A stretch of DNA of 64,000 nt from an uncultured Gemmatimonadales bacterium (GCA_963851265.1 CAWKNZ010000001.1:187920-251919); one strand, 5' to 3'. Counted from the first letter of the stretch, positions 9,612-19,510 are shown. Numbers and translations are program-made. The notes: generated from the letters alone by a model not told the origin.

Positions 9612-9645
9612 GATGCGTTGAAGCACCGGGTACCCAATGCACGCC

Positions 9646-9762
9646 GGCCGGATGTGGACGAAGTTCTCCACATCCGGCCAACGTCTTACCGCGCAATCAC
9701 TTCCGGAGTTTTCCGCATGCTCGTCTCCCGATTTTCCACAGCTTCCCACATCGCGTGGATGA
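9646..9762. promoter_or_regulatory. cluster of DnaA-box-like 9-mers, including a 13-bp inverted repeat
   Basis: TTTTCCACA at 9732-9740 (perfect TTWTNCACA), TTCTCCACA at 9664, TTTTCCGCA at 9709, CTTCCCACA at 9742, and reverse-strand TCGTCCACA at 9653-9661 and TCATCCACG at 9754-9762. Inverted repeat at 9646-9658/9667-9679. Confidence 0.45.
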
Positions 9763-10862
9763 TCGTCGGCGCCGCGGCCACCGTCGCCTGCGGCCGCGCG
9801 GGTGAGCAGCAGGTGGCCGACACGGCCCACGCTGCTGCGAGCACCGGAGCTGCGAGCACCGGAGCTGCGGGCGCCGGGGCCGGCGCTGCCGCCGCGAGCG
9901 GTCCGTTCCGCGTCGCCCTGCTCACCCCGGGGCCCATCTCCGACCAGTCCTGGAACGGCGGCGCGTACAACGGCCTGCTCGCCATCCGCGACTCGCTCGG
10001 CGCGCAGGTCAGCCACGTTCAGACCAAGACGCCCGCCGAGTTCGAGGAGAACTTCCGGCAGTACGGCGCCAAGGGGTACGCGCTCGTGTTCGGGCACGGT
10101 TTCGAGTTTCAGGACGCCGCGGTGCGCGTCGCGCCGTCGTACCCCAAGACGTTCTACGTCACGACGTCGGGCAACACGGCCAAGGCGAACGTGGCCGGGA
10201 TGACCTTCGCGTTCGAGGAGCCGAGCTACCTGGCCGGGATGGTCGCCGGACGCATGACCAGGACCGGCGTCGTCGGCGTGATTGGCGGCACCGAGCTACC
10301 GCCGGTGAAGTCGAGCTTCGACGCGTTCACCGCGGGCGCGAAGGCGGCCAACCCGAAGGTGCGCGTGCTCTCGTCGTACATCGGCAACTGGGACGACGTG
10401 AGTGCCGGGAAGGAGCAGGCACTCGCGCAGATCGGGCGCGGTGCCGACGTGATCTTCCAGAACGCCGATGCGGCGGGGCTCGGCGTGTTCCAGGCCGCGC
10501 GCGAGCGGCACGTCTACGCCTTCGGTTCCAACTCCAACCAGAATGCCGTCGCGCCCGACGTGGTGCTCGGCTCCGTGGTGATCGACCTGCCGCGCGCCTT
10601 CCTGCGCGTCGCGCGCGAGGTGAAGACCGGCGGGTTCCACGGTCAGGTGGTGCGGCTCGGCCTCGACACGAAAGTGGTCACGCTGGTCATGAATCCCGCG
10701 CTCGCCGGCAAGGTCCCCGCGACCGTGACCGCCGCCGTCGACTCGGCCGAGAAGGCGATCGAAGCCGGGCGGCTGCAGCCGCTGCCCAGCGGCGCTCGGT
10801 ACGGCGGTGGGGAAGGCGGCTCCGGGGTGAAGGTGAGCGAGGCCGCGCCGGGCAAGTCGTAA
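9717..10862 (+). CDS. BMP-family ABC transporter substrate-binding lipoprotein (nucleoside-type)
   Basis: Lipobox TVAC, then DQSWN, GHGFEF, E.SYLAG and GADVIF motifs. Start is 9717 or 9759. Confidence 0.92.
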   Translation: MLVSRFSTASHIAWMIVGAAATVACGRAGEQQVADTAHAAASTGAASTGAAGAGAGAAAASGPFRVALLTPGPISDQSWNGGAYNGLLAIRDSLGAQVSHVQTKTPAEFEENFRQYGAKGYALVFGHGFEFQDAAVRVAPSYPKTFYVTTSGNTAKANVAGMTFAFEEPSYLAGMVAGRMTRTGVVGVIGGTELPPVKSSFDAFTAGAKAANPKVRVLSSYIGNWDDVSAGKEQALAQIGRGADVIFQNADAAGLGVFQAARERHVYAFGSNSNQNAVAPDVVLGSVVIDLPRAFLRVAREVKTGGFHGQVVRLGLDTKVVTLVMNPALAGKVPATVTAAVDSAEKAIEAGRLQPLPSGARYGGGEGGSGVKVSEAAPGKS

Positions 10863-10886
10863 GCGCGCGACCGCGCCGCGGTCGCG

Positions 10887-11687
10887 TTACAGCCCCGTCG
10901 GCTCGCCGACGAAGCGCCAGTCCAGCCCGAACGTTCGCGCCAACTCGTCGCCGAGCGCGCGGACGCCGAGCGTCTCGGTGGCGTAGTGGCCGGCGTAGAT
11001 CACCACGAGGCCGCGCTCCACGGCCTCGACGGCCGTGTGATGCGGCCCCTCGCCCACGATAAGCGTGTCGAGCCCTCGCGACTGTGCCTCCGCCAGCGAT
11101 TCGCTCGACGCCCCCGCGCCCGTGCAGATCCCCCAACGGCGCGTGCGGTGCCCCGCCGGGATCGGCGTGTGGCGCGCCACGTGTCCCCAGCGCGCCGCGA
11201 ACGCCGTCGCCCGTTCGGCCAGCGCCACCGTGTCGAGGTCGGCCTCTCCGCTCACGCCGACGTCGACCGTCTTGTAGCGCGCGAACCCCCCGCCGGGTGT
11301 GAGGTCCAACGCGCGGGCGAGCAGGACGTTGTTGCCGACCTCGGGATGCACGTCGAGCGGCAGGTGGGACGAGTAGACGGCCAGGTCGTGCGCGAACAGC
11401 AGGCGCAGCCGCTCGTAGGCCGCGCCGACCACTGGCTGCACCCCCGACCAGAACATGCCGTGATGCACGATCAGCAGCCCTGCCCCGGTCGCGGCGGCCT
11501 GCTCGATCGCCGCGCGTGAGAAGTCGACCGCCACCGCGACGCGCTCCACCGCGCCCGAGTTCGCGCACTGCAGCCCGTTGACGGCGCCGCCGTAGTCCGG
11601 CACCTCGCGAGTGCGGAGCAACGTGTCGAGATGCGCGACCACCTCGGCCAACCCCGCCTGCTCTGCCCCGCCCTGAGTCCCGACCAA
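10887..11687 (-). CDS. Nif3-like dinuclear metal-centre hexameric protein (DUF34/YbgI family)
   Basis: NGLQ, IVHHG, SHLPLDVH.EVGNN and GHYATE motifs. Start uncertain. Confidence 0.92.
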   Translation of the reverse strand: MVGTQGGAEQAGLAEVVAHLDTLLRTREVPDYGGAVNGLQCANSGAVERVAVAVDFSRAAIEQAAATGAGLLIVHHGMFWSGVQPVVGAAYERLRLLFAHDLAVYSSHLPLDVHPEVGNNVLLARALDLTPGGGFARYKTVDVGVSGEADLDTVALAERATAFAARWGHVARHTPIPAGHRTRRWGICTGAGASSESLAEAQSRGLDTLIVGEGPHHTAVEAVERGLVVIYAGHYATETLGVRALGDELARTFGLDWRFVGEPTGL

Positions 11688-11881
11688 TGCGCTCCTCCGT
11701 CCCGCGGTCCTCGCCGGCACCTCACCCCGTCCGGGGTGCGCGACCGTGCGATCTCACGTGTTCCGCGGCCGCCCACAACGCCATCCAACGTACACGCCCG
11801 GCCGGGTCCTGCCGCCTCGTCGGCCCGCCCGATCGATAGGCCACCCCGCCGCATTGCGCTTCCCTGGCGCGCCCACGCCCG

Positions 11882-12292
11882 ATGCGCGAGGTTGGCCCGA
11901 TGTCCCCGTCCCCATGGCCGGTCGCCCTCGTCTTCGGCGTCGCGGGCGTGCTGCACTTCGTGATACCGCGCACGTACGAGCAGATCATGCCGCCGTGGAT
12001 TCCCGCCACCGGCCCGTTCGGTCACCGTGCCCTCGTGCTCGCGAGTGGCGCGTTCGAGATCCTCGGCGCGCTCGGCGTCCTGTACGCCCCCACGCGCGTC
12101 GCATCCGGTTGGGGCCTCGTCGTACTGCTGCTCGCCGTCCTGCCGGCCAACGTCGAGATGCTCGCGGCCGCACGGCGGAGCCGCGCGGCGGCGTGGGCGC
12201 AGGTGTTGCTCGTCGCGCGGCTGCCACTGCAGGGCGTGATGATGTGGTGGGTGTGGGCGTCCGCCGTCCGCGACGGCGCCGTCCGCGGGTGA
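11882..12292 (+). CDS. DoxX-like membrane protein
   Basis: AGVLHF...Y..IMPPW, SG.FEI.G and PAN.....RLPLQ patterns. Confidence 0.8.
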   Translation: MREVGPMSPSPWPVALVFGVAGVLHFVIPRTYEQIMPPWIPATGPFGHRALVLASGAFEILGALGVLYAPTRVASGWGLVVLLLAVLPANVEMLAAARRSRAAAWAQVLLVARLPLQGVMMWWVWASAVRDGAVRG

Positions 12293-12296
12293 ACCC

Positions 12297-12923
12297 ATGG
12301 CTCTTCGTTCCTCGCGTGCGATGCCCGCCGCTCCGCCCGAACTCACCATCGCCCTGACGCGGTGCGCCGATGCGAGCACCGTGTTCCGCCTGACCCGGGC
12401 CGACGGCTCGGCGACGTGGCAGCGCACCCATGGCGCGACTGGTGCCTTCTTTCCGCGTCATGACCTCGCCCACTATGCGGTCGAGACGGTGCTCGGCCAC
12501 CGTCGAGGGTTCTACGGTCTCGTGGCCGACGGCTGGGACCTCGACAGCTTCGCCGCGCCCTGGCCGCGTGGTCGCCTCGTCGACATCGATCCGTCCGAGT
12601 TGATCGTGGGGTTCCTCGACCGCACGGGTCTCGCGGACGGAACCGAGGCGGACGCGGGCGCGCTCAACGACACCGCGACGACGTTCTTCGCCTCGCCCCG
12701 CGCCGATCCGGCGAGCGCCGCACGCTGGCGCGACCTGCGCGACGTCGATCTCGCGGCCGTGCGCGCGCGGGCCCGCGCCCTCGTGTCGGCCTGGGACACG
12801 CTCCCCATCGGTGAGACGCTCACGCTCGTGTTCGACCGCACCGTGTTCGACCGCATCGTGCTCGGCCCCACCGCGTTCGACCGCTCTGCGGTCGGCGGCG
12901 CCGCGCCGTTCGCGAACGGCTGA
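12297..12923 (+). CDS. hypothetical protein with an HDLAHYAVE motif
   Basis: Protein-like ORF 4 bp after the DoxX gene. No assigned family. Confidence 0.7.
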   Translation: MALRSSRAMPAAPPELTIALTRCADASTVFRLTRADGSATWQRTHGATGAFFPRHDLAHYAVETVLGHRRGFYGLVADGWDLDSFAAPWPRGRLVDIDPSELIVGFLDRTGLADGTEADAGALNDTATTFFASPRADPASAARWRDLRDVDLAAVRARARALVSAWDTLPIGETLTLVFDRTVFDRIVLGPTAFDRSAVGGAAPFANG

Positions 12924-12927
12924 TCGG

Positions 12928-14499
12928 ATGGTGACTGTCCCGCCCGTGCCGGCGGGCGCCGCCGCGGCGCTCGCCCTCGACGGCATCGTGAAACAGTACG
13001 GCGGCGTGCGCGCCCTCGACGCGGCGGGGCTCACCGTCTCGCGCGGCACACTGCACGCCGTGCTCGGCGAGAACGGCGCGGGGAAGACGACGTTGATGCG
13101 CGTGGCGTTCGGGCTCGTGCGGCCGGACGCGGGCACACTGCGCGTGGACGGCATCGCGCGCCGCTTCGAGACCCCGCGCGACGCGATCGCGGCGGGCATC
13201 GGGATGGTGCACCAGCATTTCACGATCGTTCCCGCGATGACCGTGGCCGAGAACGTCGCGCTCGGCGGGCGCGGCGGCTACGATCCGCGCCGCGGGGCGG
13301 ACCGCGTGCGCGCGCTGGGCGAGCGCACCGGCCTGCGTCTCGACCCCGACGCGCGTGCCGGCACGCTCGGCGTCGCCGCGCAGCAGCGGCTCGAAGTGCT
13401 GAAGGCGCTCGCCCGCGGCGGCGCGGGTGCACACGACACGGCGGACGGCACCGCGTCGGCCGCGCGCCTGCTCATCCTCGACGAGCCCGCCGCAGTGCTC
13501 GCCCCCGCGGAATCGGACGAGCTGCTACGCTGGTTGCGCGGGTGGGTCGACGCCGGCGGGACCGCGGTGCTCGTCACGCACAAGCTGCGGGACGCGCTCC
13601 GTCACGCCGACGCCGTGACCGTCCTGCGCCGGGGCGCGACCGTACTCGCCACCCCGCTCGGCGCCGCGGGCGCAACCGCCCCCGTCGACGAGCACACCCT
13701 CACCCTGGCGATGCTCGGCACCGAGACGCCGGGCGCCGACGCCGGACTGACCGGCGACGCCGGCCCTCCGCGTCCGGCCGACCTGCACGACCCGCAGGAG
13801 ACGGAGCGGGCGGGCGCGCCCATGGTCGTCGCGCGGCTCGCCGGGGTACGCGTCGTCGACGCTGCCGGCGTGACCCGGCTCCGTGATGCGACGGTGGAGC
13901 TTCGTGCGGGGCGCGTGGTCGGCGTCGCGGCGGTCGAGGGAAGCGGCCAGCACGAGCTGCTGCGCGTGCTCGCCGGGCGGCTCGCGCCGTCGGACGGCAC
14001 GGCGGTCGTGCCGTCCACCGTCGCCTTCGTGCCCGAGGACCGGCATCGCGACGCGCTCATGCTCGACGGCTCGCTGGCGGAGAACCTCGCCCTCGCGGGC
14101 GCGGGGGTACGCCGCGGTCGGTTGGCGTGGGCGCGCGTGCGCGAGAACGCCGACGCCCTCGTCGCGGCCGCGGACGTGCGCGGCGGGGCGTCGGCGACCG
14201 CGGCGCGGGCGCTCTCGGGTGGCAACCAGCAGAAATTCGTCGTCGCGCGCGAACTCGCCCCCGGTCCTACGCTCGTCGTCGCCGAGAACCCTACGCGCGG
14301 GCTCGACGTCCGCGCCGCGGCGAGCGTGCGGGCGCGGCTGCGCGCCGCGGCCACGGCCGGCGCGGCGGTCGTCGTCTACGCGAGCGACCTCGATGAGGTG
14401 CTGGGCTTGGCCGACGAGATGCTCGTGGTGTATGACGGCCTCGTCCGCCGTGCCCCGGTCGACCGCGGCGTCGTCGGCCGACTGATGCTGGGCGCCTGA
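12928..14499 (+). CDS. CUT2-family (nucleoside/sugar) ABC transporter ATP-binding protein with tandem NBDs
   Basis: GENGAGKT, GIGMVHQHF, LILDEP, a degenerate second Walker A, LSGGNQQK and PTRGLDV. Confidence 0.93.
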   Translation: MVTVPPVPAGAAAALALDGIVKQYGGVRALDAAGLTVSRGTLHAVLGENGAGKTTLMRVAFGLVRPDAGTLRVDGIARRFETPRDAIAAGIGMVHQHFTIVPAMTVAENVALGGRGGYDPRRGADRVRALGERTGLRLDPDARAGTLGVAAQQRLEVLKALARGGAGAHDTADGTASAARLLILDEPAAVLAPAESDELLRWLRGWVDAGGTAVLVTHKLRDALRHADAVTVLRRGATVLATPLGAAGATAPVDEHTLTLAMLGTETPGADAGLTGDAGPPRPADLHDPQETERAGAPMVVARLAGVRVVDAAGVTRLRDATVELRAGRVVGVAAVEGSGQHELLRVLAGRLAPSDGTAVVPSTVAFVPEDRHRDALMLDGSLAENLALAGAGVRRGRLAWARVRENADALVAAADVRGGASATAARALSGGNQQKFVVARELAPGPTLVVAENPTRGLDVRAAASVRARLRAAATAGAAVVVYASDLDEVLGLADEMLVVYDGLVRRAPVDRGVVGRLMLGA

Positions 14500-14538
14500 G
14501 ATCGTCGAAATCGAAAGACTGACGCTGCGAGTTGAATC

Positions 14539-17025
14539 GTGATCCGCCGCACCCCCATCCGCCTGACCCGCCCCTTGCCTCTCGTCGCCGCGCTCACGGC
14601 CGTGGCGGTCGCAAGCGGGTGTCGCGGGACGGGCGTGGTCGAGGACGACCGCCGGCAGTTTGCCGCCGCGGCGCGGGTCATCGACTCCGTCGAGGCGGCG
14701 CCGACCGTGTCGGACGCGGGCGCGGTCGCGCTCGGCTACCTGGAGCGGCTGCGGATCGGCGTGGCCGCACCGTTCCGGCTCGTCGAGCAGGCGTCGGTCG
14801 ATCCGCGGCTCCCGGCGCCGCTGCGCGACCGGGTGGCGTGGGCGCTCATCGATCGTATCCGGCGCGGTGACGCGTTCCACGTCGACTCGACCGCGCTCGG
14901 CGACGGCCCGGCGCCGGCCACGGTGCTCACCGACGGCGGGTGGCACCGCGCGTTCATCGATTCGATCGTCCGCGCCGCGCCCACGGCCCGCACCGGCGAG
15001 GAAACCGTACGCCTCACCTATGCGCTGGCGCGCGCCGAGTGGCTCGTCACGCCGCAGACGGCCACCGCCGCGGTAGACGCCGCCGCCCTCGCCCGCGACC
15101 GGCGTCTCGCGGCCACCGATGCCGAACACCTGCTGGCCGCGCCGCTGTCGGAAACCGACTCGACGCGTCTGCTCCTCGCGCGGTCGTGGCGCATCGCGCG
15201 CCTGTTCGCCTCGGAGCGCCCGCTGCTCGCCGACGACCTCACGCCCGACCACGCGCGCGCCGTGCGGGATGCGGAGCGCGCGCTCGGCACGCTCCGCGAC
15301 GCGGCGCTCGCGAGTGTACCCGCCCCGGTCCCCGCCCCGGACGGCCGAGCGCTCGCGGGCGTGACGGCTGCACCCGACTCGCTCGGGCGGATGGATTCCG
15401 CCCGCGTGCGGACGGAGCTCGCCACGACTACCGCGCACGCGGAGGGCGGCGCGGACAGCAGCGTGCTCTCGCTCGGGGCGGCCGCGCGGCTGAGCGCGCT
15501 ACCGAGCGTGCGGACCGGCGCCCCGTCGTCGCCCATCGTCGTCTCGCTCGGCGGGTTCCGGCGCGACCTGGGCGCGGGGGACGGGCAGACGCCGACCACC
15601 GCGCAGGTGCTGCGCACGCGCTTTCTCGCCCGCACGCGAACGGACGAGTCGCTGGTGGCCGAGTGGGCGCTGGCGCGCGCGGCGCTCCCGGCCGGGAACG
15701 CCATCCGCCAGCAACTCGCCCGTGCCGTCGAGGCCGCCGCCGTGGCCGCACGCATCGATGCGCAGGACGCGCCCGCGTTCGACGTGCCTGGCGCTTCGTC
15801 CGACGGACGGGTTGCCGTTGCCGCGCTCAAGTGGCGTGACGGGGTGCGTGACGTCAGCGTGGAGCCAGATCTGCCCGCCGCGTGGGGCCCGCGCGTGGCC
15901 GCCCGGGTGAGTGCGGCCACGGCTGACCTGCGCAGCGTCCTGCCGGAGCTCGCGCTCGACGGCCTGGCGATCCGCATCGGCGACAGTCCGCGGCACGATC
16001 AGGCCCTCGCGCTCCACGATCCGGCGCGCCACGTCGTGTACCTGCCCCCGCTCACCGCGGCCGGCACGCTCACCCACGAACTCGCGCACGACCTCGACTG
16101 GCAGACGGCGCGCGGCACGCTCGGGGTGCACGGTGTCTACGTCACCGACCGCGCCATCCGTGTCGACCTCACCCGGGCGTCGCGCCCGTTCCGAATCGGC
16201 TGGCCGCGCGACACGGCGGGGCTGCGCACGCTGGCCGACGCGGTGCGCGCCATGGCCGGCGTGCACACCACCGTGCCGCCAGGTGCGCTCGGGACGGCCC
16301 TCGGCGCCCCCCCGCCGGGGCACCGCGGCGACGACGACCGGCCGGCGGAGCTGTTCGCGCGGGGCACCGACTTCTTCGTCGCGGCCGCGCTCGCGCGAGA
16401 AGGGCGGAGCGACGGCATGCTGAGCGCGGTGCAGGACCCGCTGCTCGTCGGCTACGCCGGCGTGCGCGCCCCCGACCCCGGCGATGGCACCGCCGAAGCG
16501 CTCGTCGACGTGCTCGCGGGCATGACGCTCGTACCGTCGTCGGCGCGTCAGTGGTACCTCGCCCGCTTCGGGCGGGCGGGCACGCGCACGCCGCTCGCCC
16601 TCGTCGGCGACGTGCTACGCGCGACCCCGGCGTGGAGCGCCGAGGGCGCGCTGCGCATGGTGGGGGTCCCCGGGGGCCTGACCGCGGTGGAGGGCACCAC
16701 GTGGCCGCGCGCGTCCGACCGCGGGCGCAATGGATGCCAGACCGGTGCGGGCGGCGGCGCGCCCGCGGCATGGCAGGCGCGGCTGCTCTGGATCACGGCC
16801 GACGCACGGGCGCGCGGCTACGTCCGCGCGCGCGCGCTGCGCTCGGCTGCCGTGGGCGGTGCGTGGTGGGGGTGGAGCGCCCAGCCCCTGCTGGGCGGCC
16901 CGTGGCGCCCCGAACTGGCCGAGCCGTCCGTCGGGCGCCTGCGCGACGCCGTGCTCCGCGCCACCTCCTCCGAGCGGGAGCGGCGGCTGCCGTTCGCCAA
17001 CCCCGACGGAAGCTGCCCGTGGTAG
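14539..17025 (+). CDS. large hypothetical lipoprotein with a zincin-like HExxH motif
   Basis: Lipobox VASGC, THELAH and a downstream ELFAR. 828 aa. Confidence 0.75.
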   Translation: MIRRTPIRLTRPLPLVAALTAVAVASGCRGTGVVEDDRRQFAAAARVIDSVEAAPTVSDAGAVALGYLERLRIGVAAPFRLVEQASVDPRLPAPLRDRVAWALIDRIRRGDAFHVDSTALGDGPAPATVLTDGGWHRAFIDSIVRAAPTARTGEETVRLTYALARAEWLVTPQTATAAVDAAALARDRRLAATDAEHLLAAPLSETDSTRLLLARSWRIARLFASERPLLADDLTPDHARAVRDAERALGTLRDAALASVPAPVPAPDGRALAGVTAAPDSLGRMDSARVRTELATTTAHAEGGADSSVLSLGAAARLSALPSVRTGAPSSPIVVSLGGFRRDLGAGDGQTPTTAQVLRTRFLARTRTDESLVAEWALARAALPAGNAIRQQLARAVEAAAVAARIDAQDAPAFDVPGASSDGRVAVAALKWRDGVRDVSVEPDLPAAWGPRVAARVSAATADLRSVLPELALDGLAIRIGDSPRHDQALALHDPARHVVYLPPLTAAGTLTHELAHDLDWQTARGTLGVHGVYVTDRAIRVDLTRASRPFRIGWPRDTAGLRTLADAVRAMAGVHTTVPPGALGTALGAPPPGHRGDDDRPAELFARGTDFFVAAALAREGRSDGMLSAVQDPLLVGYAGVRAPDPGDGTAEALVDVLAGMTLVPSSARQWYLARFGRAGTRTPLALVGDVLRATPAWSAEGALRMVGVPGGLTAVEGTTWPRASDRGRNGCQTGAGGGAPAAWQARLLWITADARARGYVRARALRSAAVGGAWWGWSAQPLLGGPWRPELAEPSVGRLRDAVLRATSSERERRLPFANPDGSCPW

Positions 17026-17071
17026 GCGGGCCCGCCCCGGCTCCGACTGCTTCGCCTCCGCCCCTGCCCCG

Positions 17072-18022
17072 TTGAGCGCAGCCCTTCCACAGGCGCTCAC
17101 CGCGTTCTGGCAGGGCGCGTTCGGGTCGACCGACGCCGTCGTCTCTGCCACCCTCGTCCGCGCCACGCCGCTGATTCTCGCCGGGCTGGCGGTCGCGGTG
17201 GCGTTCCGCGCCGGCGTGCTGAACCTCGGCGCCGAGGGACAGCTGCTGGTGGGCGCGGCGACGGCGGCCACCGTGGGCATCGCGCTCGCGCCCGCGCTCG
17301 GCGGGGCGACCGTGCTGGCGGCGCTGCTCGCCGGCGCCGCGGCGGGGGCGTGCTGGGCTGGAATCGCGGCGTGGCTGCGCGAGCGCTTCGGCGTGCTCGA
17401 GGTCATCAGCACCATCATGCTGAACTTCGTCGCGCTCTACGCCGTAGGCTGGCTCGTGCGCGGGCCGCTGCAGGAACCGACGCACGTCTACCCGCAGTCG
17501 GCGACGCTCACGGCCGGTGCGCGTCTGCCGCTGCTCGTGCCCGACTCGCGTCTGCACGCCGGGCTCGCGCTCGCCGTGGCCGCCGCGGTCGCGCTCTGGT
17601 GGACGCTCCGGGCGACCGCGGCCGGGTTCCGTCTGCGTGCGGTCGGACTCAATCCCGCGGCCGCGTCCAGTGCCGGACGCATCGACGTGCCGCGGGTGAC
17701 CACGCGCGCCTTCCTCGTCAGCGGCGCCCTCGCCGGTCTCGCCGGCGCGGTCGAGGTCACGGGCGTGACGTTCGCGCTCTACGACAACTTCTCGCCCGGG
17801 TACGGTTATACCGCGGTCGCCGTGGCGCTGCTCGCCGGCCTGCACCCGTTCGGCGTGCTCGCGACGGGCACCCTCTTCGGCGCACTCGAGGCTGGCGCGA
17901 GCGCGATGCAGCGCGATGCCGGCGTGCCCGCCACCGTGGCGGGCGTGGTAGAGGCCGGGCTGGTACTCGTGGTGCTCGCCGTCGAGACCCGGCGCCGCCG
18001 GTCGGCGGAGCTGGGGACGTGA
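17072..18022 (+). CDS. ABC transporter permease (BPD_transp_2, nucleoside-type)
   Basis: ATPLILAGL, NLGAEGQ, EVISTIMLN and G...RAVG.N motifs. TTG start inferred. Confidence 0.9.
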   Translation: MSAALPQALTAFWQGAFGSTDAVVSATLVRATPLILAGLAVAVAFRAGVLNLGAEGQLLVGAATAATVGIALAPALGGATVLAALLAGAAAGACWAGIAAWLRERFGVLEVISTIMLNFVALYAVGWLVRGPLQEPTHVYPQSATLTAGARLPLLVPDSRLHAGLALAVAAAVALWWTLRATAAGFRLRAVGLNPAAASSAGRIDVPRVTTRAFLVSGALAGLAGAVEVTGVTFALYDNFSPGYGYTAVAVALLAGLHPFGVLATGTLFGALEAGASAMQRDAGVPATVAGVVEAGLVLVVLAVETRRRRSAELGT

Positions 18023-18032
18023 GCGGGCCGCG

Positions 18033-18974
18033 ATGACGGGGTTCTCTGGCGGGGCCCTGGGCAGCTTCCTCGAAGCCACCGTGCGCACCGCGACGCCGCT
18101 CGCCTTCGCCGCGCTCGGCGAGACGCTCGTGGAGCGGGCGGGCGTCATCAACATCGGGCTCGAAGGAATCATCGTCGCGGGCGCGTTCGGCGCCCTCGTC
18201 GGCGCGGGGTTCGCGGGCGGCGCCGCGGGCACGACGCTCGGTTTCGCCGCGGGCGCGCTCGCCGGCCTCGCCACGGCCGCGCTGTTCGCCGTCTTCGCCG
18301 TGTGGCTGCGCACCGACCAGATCATCACCGGCACGGCGGTCACCCTCGCCGCGCTCGGCATCACGGGCACGCTCTATCGCGTCGCGTACGGCGACGCCGG
18401 CGCGGCGCTCACCACACCGACGTCGGGTCCGCTCGCACTGCCCGGACTCGTGGCGGTGCCGTTGATCGGACGCGCGCTGTTCGCCCAACCACCGGTCACC
18501 TACGCCCTCTACCTGCTGGCCCCGGCGCTCGGTTGGGGGCTGCGCCGTACGCACGCCGGACTCGCCCTGCGCGCCGTGGGCGAGCGTCCGGATGCGGCAG
18601 CGGCAGCGGGCATCAACCCGCGCCTCGTGCAGGGCGCCGCGGTGCTCGCCGGCGGCGTGCTCGGCGGCATCGCCGGCGCGACGCTCGTCGTCGCCCAGGC
18701 CGGCACCTTCGTCGAGGGGATGAGCGCCGGGCGCGGGTTCATCGCGATCGCGGTGGTCGTGCTCGGCAGGTGGCAACCGATGGGAGTGGCCGGCGCGGCG
18801 CTGCTCTTCGGCGCGTCGGGCGCCTTGCAGTACCTCTTTCAGGCGATGGGGTGGGCCCTGCCCTATCAGCTCTTTCTCGCGGTACCCTACGTGCTCACCC
18901 TGCTGGTCCTGGCCGGAGTCGCCGGTCGCGCCGCCGCGCCGGCCGCGATGGGGCGGCGGACGCTCTCGGAATGA
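18033..18974 (+). CDS. ABC transporter permease (BPD_transp_2, nucleoside-type)
   Basis: ERAGVINIGLEG, RAVGE.P, AGRGFIA and PYVLT motifs. Confidence 0.92.
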   Translation: MTGFSGGALGSFLEATVRTATPLAFAALGETLVERAGVINIGLEGIIVAGAFGALVGAGFAGGAAGTTLGFAAGALAGLATAALFAVFAVWLRTDQIITGTAVTLAALGITGTLYRVAYGDAGAALTTPTSGPLALPGLVAVPLIGRALFAQPPVTYALYLLAPALGWGLRRTHAGLALRAVGERPDAAAAAGINPRLVQGAAVLAGGVLGGIAGATLVVAQAGTFVEGMSAGRGFIAIAVVVLGRWQPMGVAGAALLFGASGALQYLFQAMGWALPYQLFLAVPYVLTLLVLAGVAGRAAAPAAMGRRTLSE

Positions 18975-19094
18975 GTGAGAGTGATGGAGACGAAAACGTG
19001 ACGCCCACGGAGTGAACCCGGACTGTACAGTTCGGTACTGTCACCGCGCCGGCCGGTTCCGAACCGTAGGATCAACAGCGAGCACTGCCGCCGC

Positions 19095-19418
19095 ATGACT
19101 CCCCCACCCTTCGTCGCCGTCGCAGACGGCGGCGTGATTCGCGTCCAGACCGGCGACGAGTCCGCAGGACCGTCGCTCGTCGCGCTGGGTTTCCTTTCGG
19201 GCGCGTCGGACGGCGAGTACCTCTACGACGTCCACGACCAGGCCGAGGAGGCGCAGCTGTTCTCGGCGCTCCGCGACGCGGGTGTGTACTTCGCGCGCGG
19301 TGGCGAGTGGAGTCCCGCCGAGGTGTTCGAGCGCATGCGCGCTCGCGGGCTCGTGGTGGGACCGTTCCGAAGCATCACCTGGCGCGGGCCCGACGACTGG
19401 ATCGCGCGCGAGGAGTAG
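19095..19418 (+). CDS. hypothetical protein (107 aa)
   Basis: ATG-started protein-like ORF. No motif recognised. Confidence 0.6.
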   Translation: MTPPPFVAVADGGVIRVQTGDESAGPSLVALGFLSGASDGEYLYDVHDQAEEAQLFSALRDAGVYFARGGEWSPAEVFERMRARGLVVGPFRSITWRGPDDWIAREE

Positions 19419-19510
19419 AGCGGTCGGCACGTTCGGAAACTCCGGGGTACTCGTGTAGAGTTCGCCCCGCACGTTCGCCGCTCACTTCCCGTCTCCCGCC
19501 TTCCCCGCCC

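Noticed and set aside
5000..10900. Apparent C-rich to G-rich change across mnmG-parAB as a replication-origin skew switch
   Set aside because: A similar 5' C-rich to 3' G-rich gradient recurs in other transcription units here. It cannot be attributed to replication without a genome-wide calculation.
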